Assembly (NCBI GenBank): GCA_026397045.1 | Contig: JAPLVO010000010.1 | Span: 15,858-79,857 of the forward strand | Origin: Patescibacteria group bacterium | Lineage (GTDB): Bacteria > Patescibacteriota > Saccharimonadia > CAILAD01 > BJGX01 | Direction: 5' to 3' | DNA: 64,000 nt | Shown here: positions 18,570 to 30,160 of the stretch, piece by piece | How positions within the stretch are numbered: the stretch's first letter is position 1 | Layout of the letters: every line of letters starts with the position of its first letter | Notes under the pieces: model-generated | Seen by the model: the letters and a program-made list of their open reading frames with translations, nothing else | Database searches by the model: none | What the model was told of the DNA's origin: nothing | Made by a program: the position numbers and the translations under genes

Positions 18570-20334
18570 GATTAGGAATTTTTGCATTATAGCTCATATT
18601 GATCATGGCAAATCCACTTTGGCAGATCGCCTACTTGAGATTACAGGAACCGTAGCCAAACGCGACATGAAGGCCCAGCTACTCGACACTATGGAGCTGG
18701 AACGAGAAAAAGGAATAACCATCAAGCTGCAGCCTGCTCGCATGAATTGGAAGGGACACGAGTTAAATCTAATTGACACCCCTGGGCATGTTGATTTTAG
18801 CTATGAGGTAAGCCGATCGCTTGAGGCCGTCGAAGGAGCAATCCTAGTGGTGGATGCAAGCCAAGGTATACAAGCCCAGACCTTAGCAAATGTGTATATG
18901 GCTATTGAGGCTGGGTTACATATAATCCCGGTAATGAACAAAATCGATCTTCCTGCGGCTGAGCCAGAAAGGGTTGCGCAAGAAATTGGTAATCTTTTAG
19001 GGGTAGATCCACTGAGCGTTAGCAGTATATCTGCAAAGACCGGAGAGGGAGTAGATGATCTTCTCGACAGAATAATAAAAGATGTCCCGGCACCTACACA
19101 CGAAGAAGGTCCAACCAGAGCTTTAATATTTGACTCAATCTATGATGGCTATCGAGGGGTAATACTCTATGTGCGAGTAGTTAGTGGTACTATTTTTACC
19201 AATTCCGAGATCACTCTGATGCAGTCTGAAAGCGATTCTCTGGCCTTGGAGGTTGGTCATTTATCGCCAGCTAGAGTCGAGGATCCCGAGATAGGCCCCG
19301 GTCAGATAGGATTTATCACCACCAATATTAAGTCGGTACAGTTCGCTAGGGTTGGAGACACTGTGACCTTGGCCGAGAATAGAGCAACCGAGCCTTTGCC
19401 GGGCTATAAAAAAGTTCAGCCTTTAATCTTTGCTAGCTTCTACCCAATTAGCCAAGAGGAGTTTCCTAAGCTCAAAGACTCGCTTGAAAAACTCTCGCTA
19501 AATGATGCCTCGCTATCCTATACTACTGAAAACTCAGCTGCCCTGGGTTTTGGCGTGAGGATCGGTTTTCTTGGGCTGCTGCACTTAGAGATAATTAAAG
19601 AGCGACTGGACAGGGAGTTTGATCTGGATCTAATCGTCACAAGTCCAAGTGTTAGCTATGAGGTTTCGTTGACCAACGGAAGCAAGGAGAGGGTCGAGCA
19701 AGCCAGTGCTCTGCCAGATGAATCCCAAATACTGAGCATTGCAGAACCTTGGGTAAGAGGGGAGATCGTAACTCCCTCGGAATATATTGGCCCTGTACTA
19801 GGGCTTATTATTGATGCTAGAGGCAAGCAGACCAAGCTCGAATACTTCGACCAATCGCGCGCCGTAATCGGTTTCGAAGCCCCATTGGCTGAAGTTATAA
19901 CTGATTTTTATGATGTCCTTAAGAGCCAATCTTCTGGCTTCGCATCGCTGACCTATGAATGGGACAGATACGAAACTGGTGATCTTGTAAAAGTAGATAT
20001 TCTGCTGGCGGGGGAGAAAGTTGATTCCCTCGGTGTAATTATTGCTCGAGCCAAAGCAGAAAACTATGGCCGAGATCTTTGCGAAAGATTAAAAAAGTTG
20101 ATCCCCCGTCAAAATTTTGAAGTGGCCGTGCAGGCCGCAATTGGAGCAAAATTCATCGCCCGCGAAACAATCTCGGCAGTCCGAAAGGATGTCACGGCAA
20201 AGCTCTACGGAGGCGATATTAGCCGCAAAAAGAAGCTTTTACAAAAGCAGAAGAAGGGTAAGGCCCGCATGAAACAAATAGGCAAGGTTTCTATACCATC
20301 TAGTGTTTTTATGGACCTTATTAAGAAAGCTTAA
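18562..20334 (+). CDS. lepA: Elongation factor 4
   Basis: IRNFCIIAHIDHGKSTLADR, DTPGHVDF, GGDISRKKKLL; likely GTG start at 18562. Confidence 0.97.
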   Translation: MDKIRNFCIIAHIDHGKSTLADRLLEITGTVAKRDMKAQLLDTMELEREKGITIKLQPARMNWKGHELNLIDTPGHVDFSYEVSRSLEAVEGAILVVDASQGIQAQTLANVYMAIEAGLHIIPVMNKIDLPAAEPERVAQEIGNLLGVDPLSVSSISAKTGEGVDDLLDRIIKDVPAPTHEEGPTRALIFDSIYDGYRGVILYVRVVSGTIFTNSEITLMQSESDSLALEVGHLSPARVEDPEIGPGQIGFITTNIKSVQFARVGDTVTLAENRATEPLPGYKKVQPLIFASFYPISQEEFPKLKDSLEKLSLNDASLSYTTENSAALGFGVRIGFLGLLHLEIIKERLDREFDLDLIVTSPSVSYEVSLTNGSKERVEQASALPDESQILSIAEPWVRGEIVTPSEYIGPVLGLIIDARGKQTKLEYFDQSRAVIGFEAPLAEVITDFYDVLKSQSSGFASLTYEWDRYETGDLVKVDILLAGEKVDSLGVIIARAKAENYGRDLCERLKKLIPRQNFEVAVQAAIGAKFIARETISAVRKDVTAKLYGGDISRKKKLLQKQKKGKARMKQIGKVSIPSSVFMDLIKKA

Positions 20335-20384
20335 TTGCGATAGAGGCTGAACTCTTTTATAATTACTAATCAAAGGAGGTATAA

Positions 20385-20996
20385 ATGGAAGATCAAAACT
20401 TAGACAATACTACTGAAACAAACATAGCCGAGCGAAAGGTCGATAAGAAAACAGTGATCACACTCGTGGTTTTATTGGTGCTAGTTGTAATGGGTGGAGT
20501 TGGGTCGTGGTTTTGGCAACAGAGAATTATCAATTCCCAGAAGGCTAGTTCCCAAAAACAAATAGATGATCTTAGCGCAGAACTGAAAGCTGTACAGGCA
20601 GAGCAAGCCAACGACACTAAAAAAGACCAAGTGCTGGCCGAGGTGGATCAAAAAGCCATAACAGATCAAGTTCAGGCTATCTATAAGTACTGGATAGATA
20701 ATAAGGACAAAGATATTAATTATCTATTAAAAAATAATCTTATTACGCCTGCACTTGTGGAGCAATATAACTCTGGCTTGTCTTACGACCTAATATCGTG
20801 TAGCCAAAACACATTAGACAAATCTAGCGACTATACCTTTAGCCTGCCCACAATTACATCCCCAACCTCCGCTTCGATGCAAATAAGCGGTGAGTACCCG
20901 GGCGCAGGTACCCCATCTACACTCATAATAAATCTCGATATGAAAAAGGATAGCCAAGTATGGAAGCTTAATAAGGTCTCTTGCCCCAAAAGCTAG
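20385..20996 (+). CDS. Single-TM hypothetical protein
   Basis: AAGGAGG RBS; TM, coiled coil, extracellular domain with two Cys. Confidence 0.75.
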   Translation: MEDQNLDNTTETNIAERKVDKKTVITLVVLLVLVVMGGVGSWFWQQRIINSQKASSQKQIDDLSAELKAVQAEQANDTKKDQVLAEVDQKAITDQVQAIYKYWIDNKDKDINYLLKNNLITPALVEQYNSGLSYDLISCSQNTLDKSSDYTFSLPTITSPTSASMQISGEYPGAGTPSTLIINLDMKKDSQVWKLNKVSCPKS

Positions 20997-21020
20997 AAAA
21001 ACAGAATAAATTATTTCTTA

Positions 21021-21047
21021 TTAGCACTCTTGACATTAGAGTGCTAA
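21021..21047. promoter_or_regulatory. CIRCE element 1 (HrcA operator)
   Basis: Perfect TTAGCACTC-N9-GAGTGCTAA. Confidence 0.97.
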
Positions 21048-21067
21048 TTTATTATTATGGTTATACA

Positions 21068-21094
21068 TTAGCACTCTAATGTGTTGACTGCCAA
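21068..21094. promoter_or_regulatory. CIRCE element 2
   Basis: TTAGCACTC-N9-GACTGCCAA (2 mismatches). Confidence 0.88.
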
Positions 21095-21119
21095 TAGTAC
21101 AAGTACTATTATTAACATT

Positions 21120-21818
21120 ATGACAGATAGACAAAGCAGCATCCTAGCCGAAATAGTAAGGCTTTACGCTGATAGTGCCGAACCAGTTAGTTCCCGTGAG
21201 CTGGCCAGCCACTTCGGCCTTAGTTCTGCTACGCTTCGATCTGATATGTCGACGCTAGAGGATTCGGGGTATATTTACCAGCCTCATGTGTCTTCTGGGC
21301 GTGTTCCCACCGACGCCGGCTATCGACATTTTGTAAATGAAATAGCCGATCGGCCAGCTATCAGTGGCCGTAGCATGCAGACCATATCTAAGCGGGTTGA
21401 TAGCTTCAAGGACCGCACCGATGGTGCAATCAAGATCGCCGCCGAGACGCTAAGCGATATGACAGGAAATATGACCTTTGCTACACTTAGCGATTCAGTT
21501 TATTTTCACGGCATGAACCAGCTTTTTAGCCAGCCAGAATTTACCGATATAGCCCAGGTTAGCCAGGCCGCCAAATTACTTGATTCTATGCAAACCTGGC
21601 TAGCTAGTGCTGATATAGAGAACATGCAGGTATATATAGGACAAGAGAACCCCATAACCCGTAGCAGTGGCCTAACTATGGTCCTCAATCGGTTCAGAAG
21701 CCCCTATTCGGATCGAAGCTACATCGGTATCGTCGGCCCCACCAGGCAGAGTTACGAGAAAGTTCTTGACTTAGTAGAGGGCACTAGCAGAGCCCTGCAG
21801 GAAGTATTTAGCGAGTAA
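21120..21818 (+). CDS. hrcA: Heat-inducible repressor HrcA (short form)
   Basis: MTDRQ..IL, SSATLR, QPHVSSGRVPTDAGYR, GIVGPTR; follows CIRCE; start set to ATG 21120. Confidence 0.93.
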   Translation: MTDRQSSILAEIVRLYADSAEPVSSRELASHFGLSSATLRSDMSTLEDSGYIYQPHVSSGRVPTDAGYRHFVNEIADRPAISGRSMQTISKRVDSFKDRTDGAIKIAAETLSDMTGNMTFATLSDSVYFHGMNQLFSQPEFTDIAQVSQAAKLLDSMQTWLASADIENMQVYIGQENPITRSSGLTMVLNRFRSPYSDRSYIGIVGPTRQSYEKVLDLVEGTSRALQEVFSE

Positions 21819-21832
21819 AGGAAGGCAATATT

Positions 21833-22342
21833 ATGACAAAGCAAAACCCAAGCCCAAAGCCTAAAAAATCCAAGACCAAGCTAACAGTTGATTATAGACT
21901 GCGATCAGTGGAGCTGACAGAGGCTCTCCAGAGGCTCCAAGCCGAGTTCGAAAACTACAAAAAACGACAGCAGGAGGAGCAGGCTAGCACTATGTCCAGG
22001 GCAAAAGAATCCGTGCTCAATGAGCTACTTCCAGCTCTAGATAACTTTGACCTTGCATCGTCACATTTGCCAAAAGAGCTGGAGTCCAACTCTTGGGCGC
22101 AAGGTATGCAATATATTGGCCAGCAGCTCACCCAAAAGCTAGATGATCTAGGGGTTATAAAGCTTAATCCTATTAGTGAGCAATTTGATCATAATATCCA
22201 CGAAGCAATCGACCATGTCCAATCTGATAAACCGGAGGGGATCATAACCGATGTGCTCACTCCGGGCTACCAGATTGGAGAAAGAGTCGTCCGCCCGGCT
22301 CGTGTAAAAGTAAGTGGCGGAAATACTAAAGCTAGTAATTAA
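21833..22342 (+). CDS. grpE: Nucleotide exchange factor GrpE
   Basis: RLQAEFENYKKR, FDHNIHEA, GYQIGERVVRPARVKV. Confidence 0.95.
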   Translation: MTKQNPSPKPKKSKTKLTVDYRLRSVELTEALQRLQAEFENYKKRQQEEQASTMSRAKESVLNELLPALDNFDLASSHLPKELESNSWAQGMQYIGQQLTQKLDDLGVIKLNPISEQFDHNIHEAIDHVQSDKPEGIITDVLTPGYQIGERVVRPARVKVSGGNTKASN

Positions 22343-22356
22343 ATAGTAAAAAATAA

Positions 22357-24315
<1,959 letters not shown>

Positions 24316-24340
24316 CCTTCTTAGGCTAATATAGACGCCA

Positions 24341-25252
24341 ATGAACAAGCGTGATTACTATGAAGTACTTGGTGTAAGTAAGACAGCCACCCAAGAGGAA
24401 ATTAAAAAAGCCTTTAGGAAAAAGGCAGTTGAGCTCCATCCTGACAGAGGTGGTGATGAGACTAAATTCAAAGAAGCTAATGAAGCCTACGAAGTACTCA
24501 AAGATACCTCCAAAAGACAAGCCTACGATCAGATGGGCCATGCCGCAGGCGCCGACCAGGCCGGGGGCGGTAACCCTTATTCTGGCTTCCAGGGCGGTCA
24601 AGGATTCGACCCCAATGAAATTAGATTTGATTTTGGCGGTGGCGCAGGTGGGGGTGGCCTAAATGACATATTTGATATGTTTTTCAGAGGAGGCAATGGC
24701 AACCAAACAAGAGATGTCGAGCTGTCATTGACGATAGACTTCAAAGAAGCAATTAGCGGTGCCACAAAAGAGCTCAGCCTCAGGGTTGCGGACAATAAAA
24801 ATGGCGGTCGCAAACAGGAGAATATAAAAATCAAAATACCTGCAGGCATAGACACCGGCCAAGCTATTAAGCTAGAAGGTAAAGGGGAAATAAACCAACA
24901 AGGTATGCGTGGAGATTTGTATGTAAGATTTCTAGTTAGGCCCGATAGTAGGTTTGAGCGCGATGGCGATAACATTTTATCCAAGATAAAAATAGATATG
25001 GTTCAGGCCGCACTTGGAGTAGATTATCCGATCGAGACTATATGGGGGGATGTGAAGCTTAAAATACCTGCCGGTACTCAGCCGAATAAGATATTTAAGC
25101 TCACTGGCAAAGGGATGCCACTTATAAACTCAGAGCGCAAGGGAGATCATATAGTCATAGCTGAAGTGTCGATACCAACTAAGCTCAGCAGTAAGCAGAA
25201 AAGTATTCTCCAGGAATTAGCCAAAGCATCAAGCAAACATCGTTTTTGGTAG
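24341..25252 (+). CDS. dnaJ: DnaJ-family co-chaperone lacking the zinc finger
   Basis: J domain HPD, G/F region, C-terminal domain; no CxxCxGxG repeats. Confidence 0.88.
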   Translation: MNKRDYYEVLGVSKTATQEEIKKAFRKKAVELHPDRGGDETKFKEANEAYEVLKDTSKRQAYDQMGHAAGADQAGGGNPYSGFQGGQGFDPNEIRFDFGGGAGGGGLNDIFDMFFRGGNGNQTRDVELSLTIDFKEAISGATKELSLRVADNKNGGRKQENIKIKIPAGIDTGQAIKLEGKGEINQQGMRGDLYVRFLVRPDSRFERDGDNILSKIKIDMVQAALGVDYPIETIWGDVKLKIPAGTQPNKIFKLTGKGMPLINSERKGDHIVIAEVSIPTKLSSKQKSILQELAKASSKHRFW

Positions 25253-25289
25253 CCTTACAATATCCTGGCCGTAGGTCTATAATAAGCTT

Positions 25290-25769
25290 ATGAACATTGG
25301 TTTTGATATTATATTTTTGTCCTTGGTAGCAGTGTCAACTGGTGCAGGATTCCTGATTGGCGACGAAAGGTCACAGCGCATGGCGGTAGGGGTTGTGATA
25401 GGTACACTAGCTGCACTGGAGTTTGCTAAGCCGATCACAGAACTGACAGCTAGCAAACTAGACTTCATTAGCCCAGCCATAGTGGCAATCTGCCTATTGG
25501 TACTGTCTGTGGCGGCCTGCCTAATAGGCAAAAATGTCCGCGACCCAAAGTGGCCAAAAAATAAGATCAAAGCCCTTGTATCTGGGTTTGTATCTAGCCT
25601 TGTAGCTGCTGGAGTAATAATATCTAGCCTCGAACCTTCGGTCAGGGAAAAGCTGGTGACTGATTATAACCTAGCGGCGCTAGCTTACGACTTAAGGCTT
25701 ATCACTCTTGCGGCTCTGATAATATCGATAATAGTGGGGTATCTGGCCATCGGCAAGGCAAAAAAGTAG
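25290..25769 (+). CDS. Hypothetical membrane protein (possibly CvpA-like)
   Basis: 159 aa, about 5 hydrophobic segments. Confidence 0.65.
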   Translation: MNIGFDIIFLSLVAVSTGAGFLIGDERSQRMAVGVVIGTLAALEFAKPITELTASKLDFISPAIVAICLLVLSVAACLIGKNVRDPKWPKNKIKALVSGFVSSLVAAGVIISSLEPSVREKLVTDYNLAALAYDLRLITLAALIISIIVGYLAIGKAKK

Positions 25770-25878
25770 TTGACTAGAAGGTGTTTTGATCTGTATTATT
25801 GCTAGGTTAATTAATAAACTATATTTTATACTTATTTTGAACTAGAATTATAGATGAGTATTAAAAAGAAAGGCCAAG

Positions 25879-26784
25879 ATGAAGATAATAGTATTAGCCC
25901 GGCCTAATCGCAAAAACGGAGCCGAACGACTACTAGAAGCTGCTACCAAGCGAGGCCATGATGCCCGAATAGTGAATTACACTAAGTGCTACTGTAATGT
26001 CGTAAAGAGCAAGCCACAGGTATATTACGAAGGCAAGCCGCTAGAGGGAATTGATGCAATCATACCTAGAATTTCGATAGCCAGCCAGGCATATGGTAGT
26101 GCAATAATTAGGCAGTTTGAGATGATGAATGTATTCTCTACGACAGGTTCACTTGCCTTCATTAGAACCAGAGATAAATTACGAAGCATGCAACTTTTAG
26201 CAAGGCACGATATCGATATCCCCAAGACAGTTGTTGCCAATAACACAGATGCGCTCGACGAGCTTATTGCGATGGTTGGCGGCGCACCCTTAATTGTCAA
26301 AGTTGCCAGGGGAAGCCAAGGAATGGGGGTTATGCTAGCTGAAACTCGCAGTGCAGCCAAAGCGATAATCCAGGCGTTTTATTCCCAGAATGTAAATATT
26401 TTGGTTCAAGAATTCATTAAAGAATCTAATGGTAGCGATGTCAGAGCTTTTGTTGTCGATGGCAAAATAGTCGCAGCCATGAAGCGACAGGGCCCAGAGG
26501 GCGAGTTTAGATCTAACATACATTTGGGCGGCGAGGGTGTACCTATAAAACTAACTAGGGCAGAGAGGCTCATATCCTTAGGCGCTGCCAAGGCTATGAA
26601 TCTTAACATCGCCGGCGTGGATCTTTTACAGTCAGAGCGAGGCCCCTTGGTAATGGAGGTCAACGCATTTCCGATGTTTGGCGAAATAGAATCAGTTACT
26701 AGCCAGGATATTGCAGGGGAGATAATTGAGCATGTCGAAGACCATGTGCCTCGCAAAAGGAAGAGAGATAGAGTAGGGGCTTAA
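25879..26784 (+). CDS. rimK: RimK-family ATP-grasp alpha-L-glutamate ligase
   Basis: AIIPRI, RDKLRSMQLL, GSQGMGV, VQEFIKE, EFRSNIHLGG, GVDLL, MEVN. Confidence 0.92.
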   Translation: MKIIVLARPNRKNGAERLLEAATKRGHDARIVNYTKCYCNVVKSKPQVYYEGKPLEGIDAIIPRISIASQAYGSAIIRQFEMMNVFSTTGSLAFIRTRDKLRSMQLLARHDIDIPKTVVANNTDALDELIAMVGGAPLIVKVARGSQGMGVMLAETRSAAKAIIQAFYSQNVNILVQEFIKESNGSDVRAFVVDGKIVAAMKRQGPEGEFRSNIHLGGEGVPIKLTRAERLISLGAAKAMNLNIAGVDLLQSERGPLVMEVNAFPMFGEIESVTSQDIAGEIIEHVEDHVPRKRKRDRVGA

Positions 26785-26854
26785 ACGCTGCGGCTGGGCC
26801 AATTAACTATTCAATACTCCACCCTACAACGGCTAATATAGTTAGGTTAAAAAA

Positions 26855-27451
26855 TTGAAGTTACTACTTATAAATAATAATACATACTACAAGAATAGGC
26901 TTAAAGACCTACTCATTAAGCATGAGCTGGATATCATAGATTATGATGAATTGGCTGGGTTTGACTTACAAAAATACGATATAGTAGTGTTGTCTGGCGG
27001 CGGGATAAAGGTTGAGGGTAAAAAGCGATCTCTCAAGAGATTTAGCCACCTTTACGAAGATCAAATTGAGCTGGTCAGAGAATCCAATAAGCCAGTTGTC
27101 GGGATTTGTTTAGGATGCCAGATCATTGGCCACAGTTATGGGGCAGAGCTGCATAGGTTTTTTACCACTCGGCGCAAGGGTTTATTCCCTATAGTAGCCA
27201 TTAAGAAAAATAAGCTCATGGCTGGCAAAGATGAAGCTATGGTTTTCCAATCTAATCGCTGGATGATTACTGAATTACCCGAGGAACTAATCTGTATAGC
27301 CGCCTCCAACGAAGGCGCTGAAATAATCAAACACAAAACAAAACCCATCTATGGCGTCCAGTTCCACCCTGAGAGAGAGAAGCCAGGTGGCGAGGGGCGT
27401 AAAATATTTAATAGAATTCTCAAACAAATTTACGATGAAGAGGTTTCTTGA
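26855..27451 (+). CDS. Stand-alone class I glutamine amidotransferase
   Basis: LSGG, GICLG, GVQFHPE triad; TTG start. Confidence 0.88.
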   Translation: MKLLLINNNTYYKNRLKDLLIKHELDIIDYDELAGFDLQKYDIVVLSGGGIKVEGKKRSLKRFSHLYEDQIELVRESNKPVVGICLGCQIIGHSYGAELHRFFTTRRKGLFPIVAIKKNKLMAGKDEAMVFQSNRWMITELPEELICIAASNEGAEIIKHKTKPIYGVQFHPEREKPGGEGRKIFNRILKQIYDEEVS

Positions 27452-28136
27452 ATTCAGCGCTTAGATGGTAGAAGTTATAAATTATCTTCTCAGCAACTTC
27501 AGGGTTATACCTCGGAGGCATATCTATGTTCGTGAACCATCTGAATGGCACTCGGTGTTTTAGCCAGCTATTGACCTTAAGTGTGCCCCGATGCGCAGTA
27601 TATTCCGGGTGGAATTGCACGCCAAATATTGGCTTATATTTATGCTCATAAGCCTGGATATTTTTACCATTAGATAGAGCAGTTAATCTAAGTTCTGGGG
27701 GTAGATGAACTACATTTGAAGTGTGGCTCTCGAAAGCATAGAACTTTTTCGGGATATTCCTGAACAGTCGAGATGGGCTAGTCTGGTATATTTTAGTCCA
27801 CCCAATCTCGGGGTTTTCATAGTGTTCGATGCTAGTAAAATCTGAGAGAGCCGCGACAATAGCTTGAAAGCCAAAGCATATACCTAGGATTGGTATGCCT
27901 TCTCTTTCGGCCTTTTGTATCAATGGCTTTAGCCTAGAGTATATTATGCTACTTTCGTCGACGCTGCTGCCCGAACCAGTCAGGATTATATGACTATAGC
28001 GGTCTAGCTGCTGAGGTAGTGGCCCTTCAATACTATGCAGTACGCTGGTCTTGGCACTGAAGTGCCTATGGAATTGACTGCACTTAATACACTTGTGTTT
28101 AAAGGAGTTATCAACAATGAGGATTTTTTTATTCAT
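27420..28136 (-). CDS. Stand-alone class I glutamine amidotransferase (GMP-synthase-like/gamma-glutamyl hydrolase-like)
   Basis: ILTGS, GICFG, EIGW, ESH, GVQFHPE. Confidence 0.88.
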   Translation of the reverse strand: MNKKILIVDNSFKHKCIKCSQFHRHFSAKTSVLHSIEGPLPQQLDRYSHIILTGSGSSVDESSIIYSRLKPLIQKAEREGIPILGICFGFQAIVAALSDFTSIEHYENPEIGWTKIYQTSPSRLFRNIPKKFYAFESHTSNVVHLPPELRLTALSNGKNIQAYEHKYKPIFGVQFHPEYTAHRGTLKVNSWLKHRVPFRWFTNIDMPPRYNPEVAEKIIYNFYHLSAEFKKPLHRKFV

Positions 28137-28271
28137 ACATAACAATTATAGCAAGTATATTTGGCAAACACAGATTTAAGTTAGCTCGGGCTAACACTTG
28201 ATTTGTATGCTCGAGAGAAGTATACTCGTTTAAATTTGTATTCTGCAAGTTTGTACCTTCAGGAGGTTAAC

Positions 28272-28823
28272 ATGATTTTTGCAAGTTATGTAGATTTGAG
28301 CTTAGACAGTGCATATCGACGCCTAGGCATCCAAGAGCCAAGCTTTGGAAACCCAAGGATTAAGATTTTAAACAACTGTAAAATTGATCGCTGGAAGTTT
28401 GTTTATTCTAGGCCGCCAGGCCTCGAGCAACAGCAGGCCACAGCCGACATCAAACCAAGCCTTGAGGACTCACTAATGGTTATGGTTATGGATATTCCCA
28501 GCACGCTTATCGATAGGCTCTGCCTTGCTAATGGGGTTTACTCTGGCTTGCGACGCTTCGATAGCGTTTATACCGAGAGTGAAGATATAGCAGTATTGCG
28601 TTTTTGCAAGCCAATCGCCTTAAAGCCATCTGTTACCTATGTAGCTAACCTGGTGGCAAATCTTTTAGAGGCTGGGATAACCCCGAGCTATGTAGAGACC
28701 ATTATTTCTAATGCTGGTTTCGATAAATCCGACATAGAAACAATGTTTTCCGAAACCAACTACAAAGATACTGCCGAGTCTGGTAGTTTTATGCGCGAAT
28801 GGGCGCTCAAAAATCTGTGCTAA
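28272..28823 (+). CDS. Divergent gamma-glutamylcyclotransferase (GGCT/AIG2-like) fold protein
   Basis: AGGAGG RBS before ATG 28272; pattern F.....ATADIKP...L...NGV...KPSVTY.......AGI..SY..TI resembles GGCT. Confidence 0.55.
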   Translation: MIFASYVDLSLDSAYRRLGIQEPSFGNPRIKILNNCKIDRWKFVYSRPPGLEQQQATADIKPSLEDSLMVMVMDIPSTLIDRLCLANGVYSGLRRFDSVYTESEDIAVLRFCKPIALKPSVTYVANLVANLLEAGITPSYVETIISNAGFDKSDIETMFSETNYKDTAESGSFMREWALKNLC

Positions 28824-28826
28824 TTC

Positions 28827-28860
28827 TTTAGCCCAGCCAAATCACCTTGGCTGGGCTAAA
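28827..28860. terminator. Bidirectional terminator
   Basis: TTTAGCCCAGCCAA-N6-TTGGCTGGGCTAAA. Confidence 0.85.
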
Positions 28861-28873
28861 AAAATATTATAAT

Positions 28874-29254
28874 TTAGTAGGTTTTAAAAAAATACCCAGC
28901 CTGAGTATCGGCGTAACAGATATCAAAGGTGCCTTTGGGGGCCTGAGACTCTGGGAGATAAAATTCAACCTCTTTTCCAGAGTTTAACCTAGGGACTAAA
29001 ACGCAGTCTTTCCCAGTAATCTTGGTAGGCCCGGGCACCTTACCGTTACCCGTGGCGTTTATAGTGAAGCTCTTACCTGACTTATCTAGCACTACTATTT
29101 GGTATTGGCCAAATGATGTTCGGGATAAATCGTACCTTGCACTAACAACTTTGCCTTTTATGCTAGGCTTCTTTGAAAGTAATAGTATGGCAGAGATTAT
29201 ACCTACTATTAAAATTAAGCTCGCAGCTGCGATGAAAAATATTTTTTTATTCAT
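28874..29254 (-). CDS. Secreted/anchored hypothetical protein
   Basis: N-terminal TM and beta-rich domain. Confidence 0.65.
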   Translation of the reverse strand: MNKKIFFIAAASLILIVGIISAILLLSKKPSIKGKVVSARYDLSRTSFGQYQIVVLDKSGKSFTINATGNGKVPGPTKITGKDCVLVPRLNSGKEVEFYLPESQAPKGTFDICYADTQAGYFFKTY

Positions 29255-29314
29255 AATCTATATTATAGCAAAGTCTGACACCACATGCTCGTAGTCGCCG
29301 CCCTACCTTTTGGC

Positions 29315-30160
29315 TCAAGATAAACTAAGGTCTTTTGTGGTATAGCGCCAGTAAGCAATGATAAGTAAGACCATACTCAGCCCAAAGAGAGCCAGCATAT
29401 ACCAAATATCTGCACTACTAAACTTATATCCTGCAGTAGTAGCTTCAAATACAAAAGTAGGAGCAAGGTATTTTAGTTTTTCTTGTTGGGGCTGTATTTG
29501 TGCATACACCCCAACTAGGAAGCTGATAAAGAAGGCCGCAACTACCACCATATTTCTTTTTGATGTTCGCCTAGATATCGCAGTTAGTGAAAATGCTAAA
29601 GTGCCAAAGAATAGGTAAACCAAAAATGTCTTGATTGTAAGCCTTGTTAGCTCATATATAAATGGGCTACCATCTTTATTGAGCGCAGGTATTAATATGC
29701 AGCCGACGATAAATAAACCCAGTGTAATTAATATAATGAATGTAACCAGAGCTTTGTATTTGGCCAGAATAATGGAGCTTTTCATTATTGGCTTAGTCGC
29801 AAGATAGTCTATATGATTTTCATTATTTTCTTTGGCCAAAATGTTGGAGCCAAGATTTATCGAATATATAATTATCGCTATAACAAAAAATTGGCTCATA
29901 TAGCTAAAAAAGAAGAATATGTCTTGAAAGCTAACACCCGTGATGCCGCCGAGCCCAAAGGCAGCACCAAATCCCTTGGGTAGTGCATTAATTTTTGCAT
30001 TTACTAGTTCAAGGTAGTCTGACGATTTGAAAGAGGGGAAGGTGAGCATGAACAAGGTCATTATGATTAAGATAGCTGCCAACCAAACTAAAAATGGCTT
30101 ATAGTTTTGCTTTATTTCAAATTTATATAGGTTCCAGTAGCTTTTCTGGCTTTGTCTCAT
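29315..30160 (-). CDS. ABC-2 type exporter permease
   Basis: Six TMs, LAKE......YLATKP..KS.I..AK, C-terminal KDL. Confidence 0.88.
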   Translation of the reverse strand: MRQSQKSYWNLYKFEIKQNYKPFLVWLAAILIIMTLFMLTFPSFKSSDYLELVNAKINALPKGFGAAFGLGGITGVSFQDIFFFFSYMSQFFVIAIIIYSINLGSNILAKENNENHIDYLATKPIMKSSIILAKYKALVTFIILITLGLFIVGCILIPALNKDGSPFIYELTRLTIKTFLVYLFFGTLAFSLTAISRRTSKRNMVVVAAFFISFLVGVYAQIQPQQEKLKYLAPTFVFEATTAGYKFSSADIWYMLALFGLSMVLLIIAYWRYTTKDLSLS

